A program made the position numbers and the translations under genes. A stretch of 64,000 nucleotides of DNA from Carcharhinus longimanus. Its lineage: Eukaryota. The notes beneath the pieces are model-generated. The model had not been told where the DNA came from and made no database searches. It saw only the letters and a program-made list of their open reading frames with translations. Location: contig JASCQW010000001.1 of assembly GCA_030264375.1 (NCBI GenBank), positions 92,369,280-92,433,279 on the forward strand, in the 5' to 3' direction. Position 1 is the first letter of the stretch, and each line of letters starts with the position of its first letter. Shown here piece by piece: positions 11,488 through 23,914 of this stretch.

Positions 11488-11680
11488 TGCTACCAAACAT
11501 TTATGAATCGCTTATCGTTATGTCTGCAGAATTTTACTGAAGTATTATCATAAGTGGAGGAACAGAATATGGAAGGTGCTAATTGGCTGTATCAATAATA
11601 TTAGAATCCTTTAAAGGGTTAATATCGATATGTGAAACATCTCAATTTTATTGAACTTAACATTTGACATGTTCCAGTGG
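11488..11680 (+). repeat. Unclassified ~200-bp unit, copy 2 (no SINE insertion)
   Basis: Paralog of 8430-8610 plus 8976-8990. Confidence 0.75.
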
Positions 11681-11977
11681 AATAGGCTTGGACTAATAAC
11701 TGTACCTTGTTCCAAAATACTTCTTTTACAACTATTACTCATGTCTGAAAGTTTCAACCATTCTTCCCATCACCCATCCCTTCTGGTCCAAACTGACTCC
11801 CTTCTATTTCTGCTCAATTAGTATGCCCCCTTCAGGTCCGTTCTTGTATTACTCGCAACTAAGTTAGCCACAAATTTAATAAAATGATCCCAGATGGAAG
11901 CTTACAATTGAACTGCAATTTATATCAGACATTCAAAATAAATATAAAAATGGTTGCCGTGCCACCTAACAATTGAT

Positions 11978-12750
11978 TGGCGAATGCGTGGCAAAGTGGT
12001 TAGCACTGCTGCTTCACAGCGCCAGGACCTGGGTTCAATTCTGGCCTTGGGCTACTTTCTGTGTGGAGTTTGCATGTTCTCCCTGTGTCTGCGTGGGTTT
12101 CCTCTGGGTGCTCTGATTTCCTCCCACAGTCTAAAAATGTGTGGGTTGATTTTTTTCTAGTTGTATCACACTTGTATGGCTCCTGCTCTGCCCAAGACCA
12201 CAAGGGGCTATGAAAAAGCATGAATGCAGCCCAATCCATCATGCAAACCAGCCTCCCATCCATTGTCTCTGTCTACACTTTCCATTGCCTCAGGAAAACA
12301 GCCAGCATAATTAAGGAACGCACGCACCCTGGACAGCCTCTCTTCCATCGGGAAAAAATGCAGAAGTCTGAGGTCACGTACCAACCGATTCAAGAACAGC
12401 TTCTTTCTTGCAGCTGTCAGACTTTTGCATGGACTTACCTTGCATTAAGCTGATGTTTTTCTGCACCCTAGCTCTGAGTGTAACACTACAGTCTGCACTC
12501 TCCCATTTCCTTCTCTATGAATGGTATGCTTTGCCTGCATAGCGTGCAAGGAAAATAACTTTTCACTGTATGTTAATACACATGACAATAATAAATCAAA
12601 TCAACTCAAATCAAACCATGCTAAATGGACCCTAGTGTCAGGGGGATGGTAAAAATGTGGGGTTATGGAAATAGGGCCCGGGTGGGATTGTGATCAGTGC
12701 AGACTCGATGGGCCGAATGGCCTCCTTCTACACTATAGGGATTCTATGAG
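11978..12750 (+). mobile_element. HE1-like V-SINE split by a Rex1 insertion
   Basis: Head and V-domain run to about 12150; the SINE resumes at ccatgctaaat (about 12616) and runs to ttctatga. Confidence 0.85.
12152..12615 (+). mobile_element. Rex1/Babar LINE 3' fragment
   Basis: AAQSIMQTSLPSI, TASIIK; tail aataataaatcaaatcaactcaaatcaaa. Confidence 0.85.
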
Positions 12751-12807
12751 TATTAAAATAAATGGGAAAACTAGCTCTTAATGTAATGCATGTAGTAAAA
12801 GACAGAA

Positions 12808-12930
12808 GGTGGAATTCATTTGCCCCACTGCTGCCAATGAGAACGGAGAATGAGGCACCCAGCCAAATCTCCATTCACTGCAGTGGGACTGGAGAATTCC
12901 AGCAGTGGGCAAGGTTGGAGAATTCCGACC
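12808..12930. mobile_element. MITE-like element
   Basis: Imperfect TIRs ggtggaattc / gaattccgacc; a related inverted copy lies at about 31390-31524. Confidence 0.5.
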
Positions 12931-13204
12931 AGAGTATGAAGTGATTCAGGTGGAAATTGGACTCAAACTTGGATTAGTTTTCCAAATAGATCTAAAATAT
13001 ATCAAGCCAAACTGATTATCATAATCACAAGCTTAAAGCCTTCCAGGCATCTATTCAATCAAACAGGGAATACAACATAATTTTCTTCCAAAATAATCCT
13101 TGATATATTTAGCTCTTCAATTCTGAATAAAGCTCATTAACCTGAAAGGTTGGGCAGGATTTTAACTTTGGGATTGAGGACACTGTCATCAGGCTAGAAT
13201 GGGC

Positions 13205-13500
13205 AATAGGAAGTCTCTCTCTCTCTCCCTTCACAGATGCTGCCTAATCTCCTGAATAGTGTCAACATTTTTTTATCTTTGCTCGATGGGATTTGACAGT
13301 TCCAGAGTTGCCGGCCAAAGTAGTAATATCTGTGGAATGCAGCAGACCTGGGTTGAACACTTGGAGATATGCAAAGTCTGAAATGGCAACTGAAAATGCT
13401 GGAGATATTCAGCAGGCCTGGCAGCATCTGTGCACAGATAAGCCAAGGTAACACTTCAGCCTGGTAACGTTTCTTCAATACTGGAAAAGCTAGAAGCTTA
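13205..13500. mobile_element. Penelope-like pLTR end remnants in opposite orientations
   Basis: cacagatgctgcc... and aaaatgctggagatattcagcaggcctggcagcatctgtg; same motif at about 42150 and 53905. Confidence 0.6.
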
Positions 13501-14034
13501 ATAGGTTTTGAGCAGGAGCTGGATGGAAAAAGGACAAAAGGAAAGTCTGTGAAAACTCGGAGCTCGTTTTGGCTACATTCAGGCTTCAGAAAGAATTTTA
13601 TATGAAATTTTTCCTCAAGGTGGAATTGGATCAACTCCAGGTTCAGGTGCGTGGTATGTAGAAGGAGCAAGTCTGTGAGTGCAATTACTTTCTTATGCGC
13701 TTATCATAAATAAAGATATGTTCTTTTTAGCTGTGGGCTCGCATTGACAAGTGTAAATGCACTGGTTACTAGCAGTGATATTTGACACCATGGTGTCCTT
13801 GTGAAATTATACCTCCGGGGGGAATTACAACATGGTGGAGTCATTCCTACCATTAACAATGAAAAAAAGATGTAGGATTCAAATAGTTTATTTAGTAAGT
13901 GCTGGTAGATCTTCTGTGTCATTGCTGATTAAATCTGGATCTAGTTTCTAATGTTTACTGCAGTCTAGCTGCAGCCTAACTGGGACTGCAGTTTAACCAT
14001 CACTGTTGCTTAGCAAGTTTATTGAAGTAGAGGG

Positions 14035-14391
14035 GAGGTGATGGCCTAGTGGTATTATCAGCAGACTATTAATCCGAATGCTCTGGGGACCCGGGTTCAA
14101 ATCCCACCCTTTTAGAAAAAGTCTGGAATTAAGAATCTACTGATGACCATGAAACTATTGTTCACTAATGTCTTTTAGGGAAGGAAGTCTACCGTCCTTA
14201 CTTGGTTTGGCCGACATGTGACTCCAGAGCCACAGCAATGTGGTTGACTCTAAAATGGCCGAACAAGCCACTCAAGTTGTATCAGCATTTCAAGAAGGAA
14301 GCTCGCCACCACTTTCTCAAGGGCAACTTGGAATGGGCAATAAAACCTGGCCTAGCCAGAGACACCCATGTCCCACAAATTAATAAAAAAA
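14035..14391 (+). mobile_element. Family-T SINE, near full length
   Basis: A-box tggcctagtgg 14042-14052, B-box ggttcaaatcc 14094-14104, body ttagggaaggaa...cacagcaatgtggttgactc, family-T tail. Confidence 0.85.
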
Positions 14392-14589
14392 AGATATTTA
14401 GAGATTGGATGGGATTTTCTGGTTGCGCTCGCCCCAAAACTAGAAAATCTCACCCGAGATCAATGGACCATTGCATGGTCCAACCCCTGCCTTGCTTCTC
14501 TTCACCCTTATCCGCTACAGTTCCCAAAGTGGGCAGAACAGGAAAACTTCCCCCTGAAATCTCATTGAAATATGTCAAATGCTGAAGTT

Positions 14590-14925
14590 GCTTGGTAGTG
14601 TAGACTTTGAGAGGCTGTTTCTCCTGGCTGGACTGTCCTTGGGACATAGCCTCAGGATATGAGATAGATCAGCTGAACTGAAGCTTAGTGAAATTTTAAG
14701 AATTCTCCATTCCAGAGGGCCATGGATGCTCAGCTGTTGCGTATTTTCAAAGGCTGAGGTATATAGCTATTTGGACTTTATGGGGCATCAAGGGGTATGG
14801 GAATCGAGCAAGAAAGAGGAATTGATCAGCAGTGATCTTATTACATAGTTATTGCAAGTTATTAATGCACAAATTAGCAAGCTAGAGAGACCACATGCAT
14901 CTGCTCCTATTTCTTATGTTCTATG
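14590..14925 (+). mobile_element. CR1 3' end (decayed)
   Basis: gggacatagcctcaggat; tail ctgctcctatttcttatgttct. Confidence 0.7.
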
Positions 14926-15569
14926 CAATTATACAACATAAGGTAAACTTAATTCGAGGTAAAAGTATGACGCATATGATTAATATTAAAGATGGAGGCC
15001 TCATTGAAATAGAGCCTAACTTTGCTGAAAGATAATGCTGGGTGAATCACACACCAAGTTATTAACACACAAATTAGCCAACAACTTGAAGTGAGAGAAA
15101 GCTACCTCATGAATTGTGAACCGCAGATTTCTTGCTGCCTCACCCTCACCTTCACAGAAACAACAGCATTAAACATTCAAGTGATTTTCATGAACTTCTT
15201 CAACTTTCACATTAGACTCATCATGGAAAATTAAGTCCAAAATTTAATAGGGTAAGCAGTCTTTTAACAATGTGATCATTGCTAATCCACTCTTGCCTGG
15301 AAAGTGAATAATTATAATTATAAATATGGACTAATATGGGGTCTTCCAATTGCACCGATGGAACCCTGCCCCCCCCGCCGACAACCCTGCACCATGGGGG
15401 GTTCCCCAGCAGTGCAGCCAGTGAACAACGCAAAGTGCCACCGACACTGGCAGGACCAGGAGATCCAACTGCTGGCCAATGGGGGGACACCTTTGCTTGC
15501 AGTGAGGGGGAGTGGGTGGAAAATCCCAGCCGATGGGATCATATCACTTCAGGTTGTGGAAGGTTTTAA

Positions 15570-15770
15570 GAGATTCAAAAGTTCTGTCCTTCTCTATGCT
15601 CCTTTAATGTTCCCTTTAAACCTTATCTCCTTGACCAGTTTTCTGGTCACCTGTCACAATATCTCCAGAATTAGCTCAGTGTCAAATTCTGTTTGATAAT
15701 GTTGCCATGATGGAACTTGGGACGTATTACCGCATCAAAAGCACGCTATATGAATACATGTTGTTGTTGC
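15570..15770 (+). mobile_element. L2 LINE 3' end
   Basis: taaaccttatctccttgacca...gctatatgaatacatgttgttgttg; similar to about 55400-55570. Confidence 0.6.
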
Positions 15771-15891
15771 TGAAGAAGAACAGTTTGACTGNNNNNNNNN
15801 NNNNNNNNNNNNNNNNNNNNNNNNNNNNNNNNNNNNNNNNNNNNNNNNNNNNNNNNNNNNNNNNNNNNNNNNNNNNNNNNNNNNNNNNNNN

Positions 15892-16400
15892 CCTGTTGCA
15901 GCGATAGGCAAACTGTAGTGGATCTAGGTAGTCCAAGAGGCTGGAATTGATTCGTGTCATGAGTAATGTTTCGAAATGGAGTTCAGAGCCACCAGCCAAT
16001 AGTCATTAAGGCACACTGCTTGATTTTTCTTAGTTACCGGAATGATGGTCCTCTTCTTGAAGCAGATAGGGACCTCAGATTGTTATAAAAAGAGGTTGAA
16101 GGTATTTGTGAATACTTCCACCAGCTGATCTGCAAAGAATCTGAGTGCTTATCCGGGTACTCCATCCGGGCCAGTTGCTTTCTATGGGTTGACCTTCAAG
16201 AAAGCTACTCTGACATCTGCAATGGTGACCCCAGATACAGGTTCATCCAGGCTCAAAATGGGTGTAGAATGCATTGAGCTCATCAGGGAGGGGTGTGTTG
16301 GAGCTGGTGATTTTATATGTGCACGTCATATGTGTATAGCCTGGGAGTCATGCTGCAAGGTGAATGTACAAGAGTATACCTTAGTATGTGGAAGCAAAGA
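15892..16400 (-). mobile_element. Rex1/Babar RT fragment
   Basis: LDPLQFAYRCNR; KATGPDGVPG..LR..ADQL..VFTN.FNL. Confidence 0.8.
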
Positions 16401-16974
16401 TTTCACTCCATAGGTGACTCTGGAGGAGGTGTGCAGTCCTTTACTGAGTGAGTATCAAGCTTTGTGATAGTCTGCTGCATATTGCACAATCTTACCTACA
16501 TGAGGGAGAGGCCAATTGCCAACGCCTATAATGAGAGTAGCTGAGAAGCAGCAGCATAGGAAGGAGGAGGAAGAAGTATAAGGGAGGCTGCAACCCCTGT
16601 ACAGCGCATTTCTCCCCTGCATGTCTATGAAGAATTTATTCAATTATGATACCAACAACATCAAACCAATTTTCCATTCACTACTGTCTCACCCTCCTTA
16701 TCTTCCTTCTGGTTGTGTGCAATTGTCTGCTGCAAGAAAGAGGTAGTATTCCAGGGAGTGTTGTGCATCTGTTTGGCTGTTGTGGCTGCCATAGCTGAAT
16801 AGCTAGCTGGCATTGTGCTTATGCTGTGACTTGCGGGTATAGAGTTCACCACAGTGCTAAGTGTGTGAGGATGAGATGAGATTATGAATTTGAAGTATGA
16901 CATATGATTGATTGAGATCATTGATAGGTGAATGGTTGAGGCTAGTGGTGCATTGGGAGGCTATAATAAGGTGA

Positions 16975-17490
16975 GTGTGATTGTCCTCATCATGAAGGTA
17001 GCATTTGACTTTGTTGAGGAGTCACTGGCTGCAGGTCATACCCAACACAAAGGAAGATGGTTCCAAATTTGTGATTGTTGGAGANNNNNNNNNNATTACA
17101 GCAATATCCTTGCCCCAAGTATTTTTAGCTGTTTTATCTCTCCATCCTAAGTTCAGAAGCGAAGATGTTTGCCAATGATTGGACAATGTACAGAACCATT
17201 TACAACTCCTCAGATACTGCAGTAGTCCATGTCAGCGTGCAGCAAGACTGGATCAAAATTCAGATTTGGGTTAATAAGTGGCAGACAATATTGTTGTCAC
17301 AAAAATGCCACAAAATTACCATCTGCAATTTGAGAAAATTGAACCACCTTTCTAAGCAAACAATCGCATTACTGTTGCAGAATTCCTAATCATCAAGAGA
17401 AGGCTGTGTGTTAGGCAGCAAGGAACTCACCTCCAAGCTTCCTAAAGTCTTCTCAACTTTATGCCTTTCTCAAGGCATAAGCCAAGTATG
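16975..17490 (+). mobile_element. Family-T LINE RT fragment
   Basis: K.AFD.V; MFANDWT (FADD-like); QIWVNKWQ. Confidence 0.7.
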
Positions 17491-17624
17491 TAACGATTTT
17501 TGAAGTTGAGTGAATATACCTTCAATTAAGTACCTAATCTTAAGGTTACTGTTTCTCATTATATTCAGCTAAATTGCAGATGACGCAAAACAGCCCAGAC
17601 CAAGATGGCCCATTTGACAATTCA

Positions 17625-17990
17625 TTTTGGCTCAAGTTGGTAATACTTCTCTCTAAGTCAATGAATATTGCTCGAAATGTGCTGCAGTGCATGGGCAAGG
17701 CTTAGGCCTCAGTGAGATACTCAGGGAATGCTACATTTTTGATGAACTCTAAACCTCAGGTCTCACTCGCTTTTCTTGATACTCCAAATTGTTCAAGATC
17801 CCATCAGACTATCAGAGAAAATGTAAAGAATTTTCCAAATTTCTTGACCATGTTTTGCCCTGACCAATAAAAATGTTGACCGGTGAATTTCAGAACAGAT
17901 TGTCTACCTCCTTACAGAAGTTACTGGAGTTCATATTAATTTGCTGGATATGAAGTTTTTGAAAATGTGGAAAGTCAACTGCCATATTTC
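17625..17990 (+). mobile_element. SacSINE1-like DeuSINE (decayed)
   Basis: tggctcaagttggta head, tactcagggaatgct, taaacctcaggtc, aagatcccat resemble Deu-domain motifs as recalled. Confidence 0.55.
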
Positions 17991-19345
17991 ATGTCTTCTT
18001 TGTATAAGTATTGTTGCTGTTGCAGATTTGCACATGAGAAATTTGGAAAAATAATTACTTCTAGCATTATTAAAGCAAAAGGCATTCACTCAAATTGGTT
18101 AATCTGCTAATGGGATTTACTTTCCCCAAGACGCAATTCATTAGCTTGCCTCAGTAAATATGAATATCTCAAACTCATTGCATGGAATTTAATCTCCTGC
18201 CCCATGATGGGTTTGGTGGTGGGGACAGTTAATTAGGCGAGAGCATAGAGGATGTTTATTCCACTGCCTTCCCATCTGTATCCCCATTAAGGAGGACTAA
18301 AAAAAGAAGCGTATCCTCACCATCAATTGAACCCTTAACTAGGCACTTAATGGCCACTTAAAGGCCTCATCTCACTGTTACTGATAACCCAGTGACAGGG
18401 GGTTCACCATTAATAGAACATAACAAGCATTCCTGTGTGCAGTTTGTTGTGGGCTCTGGAGACTTGGGCCTTGATTAAAGGCCACTCGATTTCCAATTGA
18501 GGGTCTTAGCATTGGAAAGGGAAGGGCCTACAGTGAACCAAATCCTACCCTTGCAAAAAACTCCAATCACTACTCCCACAACTGTCCTCTCATAACCATG
18601 CATCTTGAGTGAGAGTAGTACTAGTAACAGCCATTGCCTCCTGGTTTCACCGCTGTTCATGAGAGTTGTTGGCTTCTGATTTATTTTCAGCTTTCAGCAG
18701 GTGGTAATCATTGGCCCTGGTGGGGTTTTCTGTCTCGGTTGATCAAGGGAAAATAGATTTTTGAAAAAGAAAACAGCACAAGTAGTCGGATCTAACTAAG
18801 GCTATAGACAATGAGTCATTTGTTTAAAATAAAATGTTGCAATCATTTTCACACAAAAAGATTGCATGGGGCTTTCAGTGGCTAGTTTTAGAAAACTTGG
18901 AAATCTGAGGATGTGAAACTAAATTTAAAACTATGTTGAAATATTGATTGAATTAATATTTACCCCATGTTAATAGATGAAGTACCTCTTAGTGACATGT
19001 ACACAATCAGCCTAACATGTTCAAGTAAATCAGAAATATTGTCGGTGCCAAATTTAAATTTAAACACATTTTTCATTTTAAAATGTAGGACAATGTATTA
19101 ACTGTATCAAATGGAGTGAAAGAAAATTTTAATTCTAACTGGGATAAATATTAAAAACAAATCAAAATATATTTAATGCATTTCACAGCACTTTTCTATA
19201 GCAGGGAGGGTAAACTGGACAGGTTCATTGTAAAAGCAACTAGTGAAAACAGGAGACCGTAATAATTTTAAAATTGCAGATTATTGTAATTAAATGAACT
19301 CAAAATGTACATATGGGAGACTATTAAGTTGGTTCTTTTAATAAT

Positions 19346-20265
19346 TGTTATGAATATAAATTCCATTGCATGTGTGAAGATGAAGGAAGAAGCAAGCTAG
19401 TTGTGTTTGTGTCTATGTGTGTGTCCAATTTAATTAAACTAAAGAGTTGGTAGTATCAAAAAAGGGTATGTAAAGGCATGCAGTGGAAATAAAAATGACC
19501 GAGTTGAATTTTCTACAAGTAAATAAGTTGTGGTCAGAAGTAAATAAAGCAATGTTATTAAATATTATGTGGAAGTAATGAGAACAGAAAATACATTTTG
19601 AGAAGGTTCAGTTTCAAAGAAGAGCTACACACAAAGGAATCAAGATGAAAGAGAAAAACAAATACTTAAGGAGAGGTTAGGAACTTGTGGGGAAGTTTTT
19701 GTAAGCATTGAGGAGTGGCCATGTGAGACCTCCTGGGGCGCTCGGAAAATAAGTTGTGAAGAGTCAAAGTGAGTAGCCTTGCAGCCAACCCAGAAAATTG
19801 TCTGATTTTCAGAGAGCACAGCTTTATTTTAAAGTTCCTTGAAATTTCACAGCAGAATGGGATTAAGGTGAGAAGCCGTTTTCCCCACAGAAACAGTGGG
19901 TTTGTTTTGTGGAAATATTACTGGAATTTCTACAGATGAACATAAAAAATTATTGCTTAAAGACATGTTTATTTGTGAGTCCAACTAAGTAGATTTTACT
20001 CAGTGAGTCAAACTAAGTAATAGGAGGAATGTCCTGTACTACTAATTTTAACTGGAAATGTAATCTTGCATGTTAAAGTTTTCTTTGCCTTTGTTAATAA
20101 ATGTTTAAATTTCTTGTTTAAAATCAAGTGTTACAGGAATTCCAAAGTCCGTAAACATATCTTGTTGTCATCAAAATACAAAAAGGAAAGAATTGTAAAT
20201 ATGTAGGCTAAGTTTCCTTTTGGGATTTTGTTTGTTCAGCAATTAACATCTAGCAGATCATTACT
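19346..20265 (+). mobile_element. Probable solo LTR
   Basis: Begins tgttatga, ends gatcattac (imperfect inverse), internal aataaa near 20096; no TSD seen. Confidence 0.4.
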
Positions 20266-21214
20266 TGTCCATGAATTTATTCCTATTATAATTTCACCAA
20301 TGAAAGATTAATTTGTTACTCAGATTTGTGTTGATAGTCATAGACTGATTGCAGATTCTGGGGAAGTTCAACTTGCTCTTAATGGACCAACTGTGCTTAA
20401 TGAGGGTTCCAAGGTTTCTTAATTTACAGCAACATGCAAATTCATTAATTTCCTTTTTCGGATTTACCTAAATGACAGCTAAGCAACCAATAAGGAAATA
20501 ACTTAGAAATGCCGTCAAATCATATATTAACTGCTTTAATAGTCAATTTATCACTAAAAATAACAAATATTGGAGCAGTGATGTCAGGAATTTATTGTTG
20601 AGCAACTTTTATATTATTGTGAATGGAGTGGTGAATGTGAATCGTTCAGAACACAGCACATATGACAATCATATGGGAGGTGAATGCACTCTTGATGACC
20701 TGTGATAATTGGAAGTAGATACAGAAGACAAAATCCAACTTGAGAAACAAACAAGGATCATGGTATGTTAATTATAGTGCTGTACATTTGTAACAGTGTC
20801 AATCGTCATCCTATTTGGATAGAAATACCCACCCAGAGAGTTTGCAAATGTCAGCATGTGTGCATGAATAATTTTGTGGGAGATTGTTAATCTAAATCTA
20901 GCTAGTTTATTCCTACTTGTGCAATGCAAAAGAGTGGTAATAAGTATATTTTAGAACTATTACAAAGGGCTAGAAAAGACAGGAAAAGATGGTACAGTAA
21001 TTATTCTTAGGTACACAGGTGCATTCTGCTTATCCATTTACGAGGTATTTCCTATTTTGTTTGTTTTGATCTGACAATACATAACCTGTTAATTGTACTG
21101 TTCTTCTGTTTGCAATCCATATCGCTCAGTCATGGAAGATGGACCTCAGTGGGTGCTTTTGTATCAGGATCACTGATGGCATCTGATGGATTTACTATTA
21201 TTCAGTTATTATGA

Positions 21215-21495
21215 GGAGGCAGTGGGCTAGTAATTCAGAGACCCAGGCTAATGGTCTGGTTTGAAATTTGAATGTAATGAAAATCTGAAATGAAAAGTCT
21301 AATGACGACCATTAAATCATTGTCAATTGTTGTAAAAACCCATCTGATTCCGTTAGGGAAAGTTATCTGTCATTCTTACCTGGTCTGTCCTACATGTGAC
21401 TCCAGATCTATAGCGACATGGTTGACGCTTTAATATCCTCAGGGATGAGCAATAAATGCCAGTATCACCCACATCCCATGAACAAATAAAGAAAC
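21215..21495 (+). mobile_element. Family-T SINE
   Basis: ctagtaattcagagacccaggctaat...aaaaacccatctg...cctacatgtgactccaga...cccacatcccatgaacaaataaa. Confidence 0.8.
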
Positions 21496-22769
21496 AAAAT
21501 TATGAAAGTTACAATTTGACAAGCAAAGTGGCACAGTTAAGCCTATGGAAGAGACACACAGCATTATTGGTATATGCAAGGTCATTTGCATTGGTGACAA
21601 GTATGGCTGGAGGGTGTTTTAGGCGTTTTCACACCCACCCGGCATAATAATGTCATCCCATTGCAGTGAACAGCCCAGGTTATAATAACAATCAGTATTG
21701 ATCTGCTTCAAAACATATGAGGCACAATCAACAGGAAGGGATTCTGAGGTTGTGCAGCAGATCACCTGTCACTGCACATCAAGATCAGTCAGAANNNNNN
21801 NNNNNNNNNNNNNNNNNNNNNNNNNNNNNNNNNNNNNNNNNNNNNNNNNNNNNNNNNNNNNNNNNNNNNNNNNNNNNNNNNNNNNNNNNNNNNNATACTG
21901 AGAAATATGGCTGTGCAGTATACAAGACTGTGATGTTATGTCAGTTAGCCTGGGAGCCTGGGCTTTTTGGTGGACTGTCTAGGGCTTTCGCCTCCCGAAC
22001 CGTGGTAGCTGTGTTGCTGTGAGGTCACTGCCAGTCTCTTGATAACAATTTAAGCAAGTGACAGAAGAAGTACCCTAAAGCATGTAATATCTATATAGTT
22101 AAATTAGAAAACTCTATTCCTAGAACAAACAGAAGATGCATAGATCTGCAGCTAAATAGACAGTGGAAATGTAGGCAGGTCCTAAGGAGATCTTCTGTAA
22201 GCCTACTACTTCCAGGGGGTATAAATTAGAAGTAGCAAGAAAACAAAATATTCACACACAAAGACAATCAACAATGCATCATATTAACCAGACTGCACTC
22301 AAGAATTATTACACTAATAAAAGTAATTCCTGAATGCTATGATTATATAAAAAAGCAAGAGGAAAAACACTTATTTATTATTGTGCCACAACAAATATGA
22401 CAATTTTGGTTTGAATATATTTACAAAGTTATGGTTATGGTTGTAGAGAAGGACATCCAGAAGATTTGAGAGGAATCCTGTTGATGTGTATGTGCTGTAC
22501 CTGCAAGGGAAATTAGGGATGGGCAACAAATTCTGGCCTTGCCTGCAACACCCACATCCCATAATAAATAAAAATATATATATTTAAAGGATCCTGAAGC
22601 CTGACTTCCAATCTTAAACTCCCCCTTAATCATATTTATTACAAATTGCCCAAATTCCATAGAAGTTCTCAATGGAAAATCATTGACATGCATCACAAAG
22701 ATGCCTGAGACTCTCCCTTTGTGGTGTCAGCAGAATATTGCTGGATTGGTTTTCGGTTGCATATTGCTT

Positions 22770-23240
22770 ACTTACAGCAAGACAGAGCTCAATGAAAAAT
22801 ATCATATCCACAAATGTATTTACATGTTGCTGAAAAGAGAATATGTTGCCAAGCTTTTCATCTTGCACTCATCAGGACAATCACAAAACTGCCAGATTTC
22901 AAGTGATCATAGCAATTTATTCTACAGGAGAAAAAAGTGCTGATAAGTTGGCAGGTTGACTCTGATCGCTGAGGCATTGCCATGAAGAAAACAACAGGCA
23001 GCTATAGGCTCCCCAAACCCCTAAGTAATTCAAAAAAGGTGCAACACCTGAACACATTCCTGTTGTTTGCAGAGACTGGATCCTTGGTTATGAATTTATG
23101 TCACTTCCAGCAAGTGTATATGACCCACATTAGGAGCTTGATTGATTCTCTTCAATTGCTTGTTTATGTAGCTGTTCATGGACTCAGGATTGTTCAGCAA
23201 ATGCTGCCCAATTTGCAGTCAGATAATGTTGTACTGCCAG
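22770..23240 (-). mobile_element. Penelope-like family C: GIY-YIG C-terminus and pLTR with decayed hammerhead
   Basis: Minus strand gives IGQHLLNNPE and LLEV..I..QG.SLCKQQE; cctgatgagtgcaagatgaaaagctt at 22851-22876. Confidence 0.7.
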
Positions 23241-23604
23241 GGAATCTTCTAAAAAATAAGCTAGAAACTAATTTGCCATATGCATGCCACCATCACTCTA
23301 ATTTTAAAGAATAGATTATTATGACAGCATATGATATAATGTCCTAATGGATCAAGTTCCACAATAGGAACAAGATTCATAAACTTAAATTTAATAAGTC
23401 AAATGTGCTTTGCTATTTTCCATACACAGAACTACCCAACCTGTAAAGTTACACTGTTGCACATATTATCATTTTGACATTTAGGCTATAATTTTATTGG
23501 CATGATGAGGGTCCTGAAGCTAGCATCAAGTATAAGTCCTGAGCTCTCACTTGTTACTGACTTTGAAAATTCAACTGCCAAAATCTTGCTACCATTCATG
23601 CAGT

Positions 23605-23782
23605 GAGACTTTTATGGACCTGCTGCCAGCACACCCCTGCCACGGGTTCCCTGGTGGCGATGGGTGCATTCAACGGGAAACCTTGTTGACAATGATGGGA
23701 TTATAAGAACTCACTGCCAGCAAGTGCATACAACTTCCCGCTGCCACTAAACAGACCGTGGAGTAGAAGAAAAATCCTGCCC
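23605..23782. mobile_element. MITE-like element
   Basis: Core shared with 9790-9967; ends aaaatcctgccc. Confidence 0.5.
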
Positions 23783-23893
23783 AACATGTTAGACGCATAC
23801 ATATATAATGTGATGATGTGGAAGTGAGTTTTCCCTCTGCTTGATTTTGGGACCACTCAAAGGGATATACCCTCACCTCATAGTCTTGTACAA

Positions 23894-23914
23894 GTGTGTG
23901 TGTGTGTGTGTGTG
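23894..23914. repeat. (GT)n microsatellite
   Basis: About 10 GT units. Confidence 0.95.
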
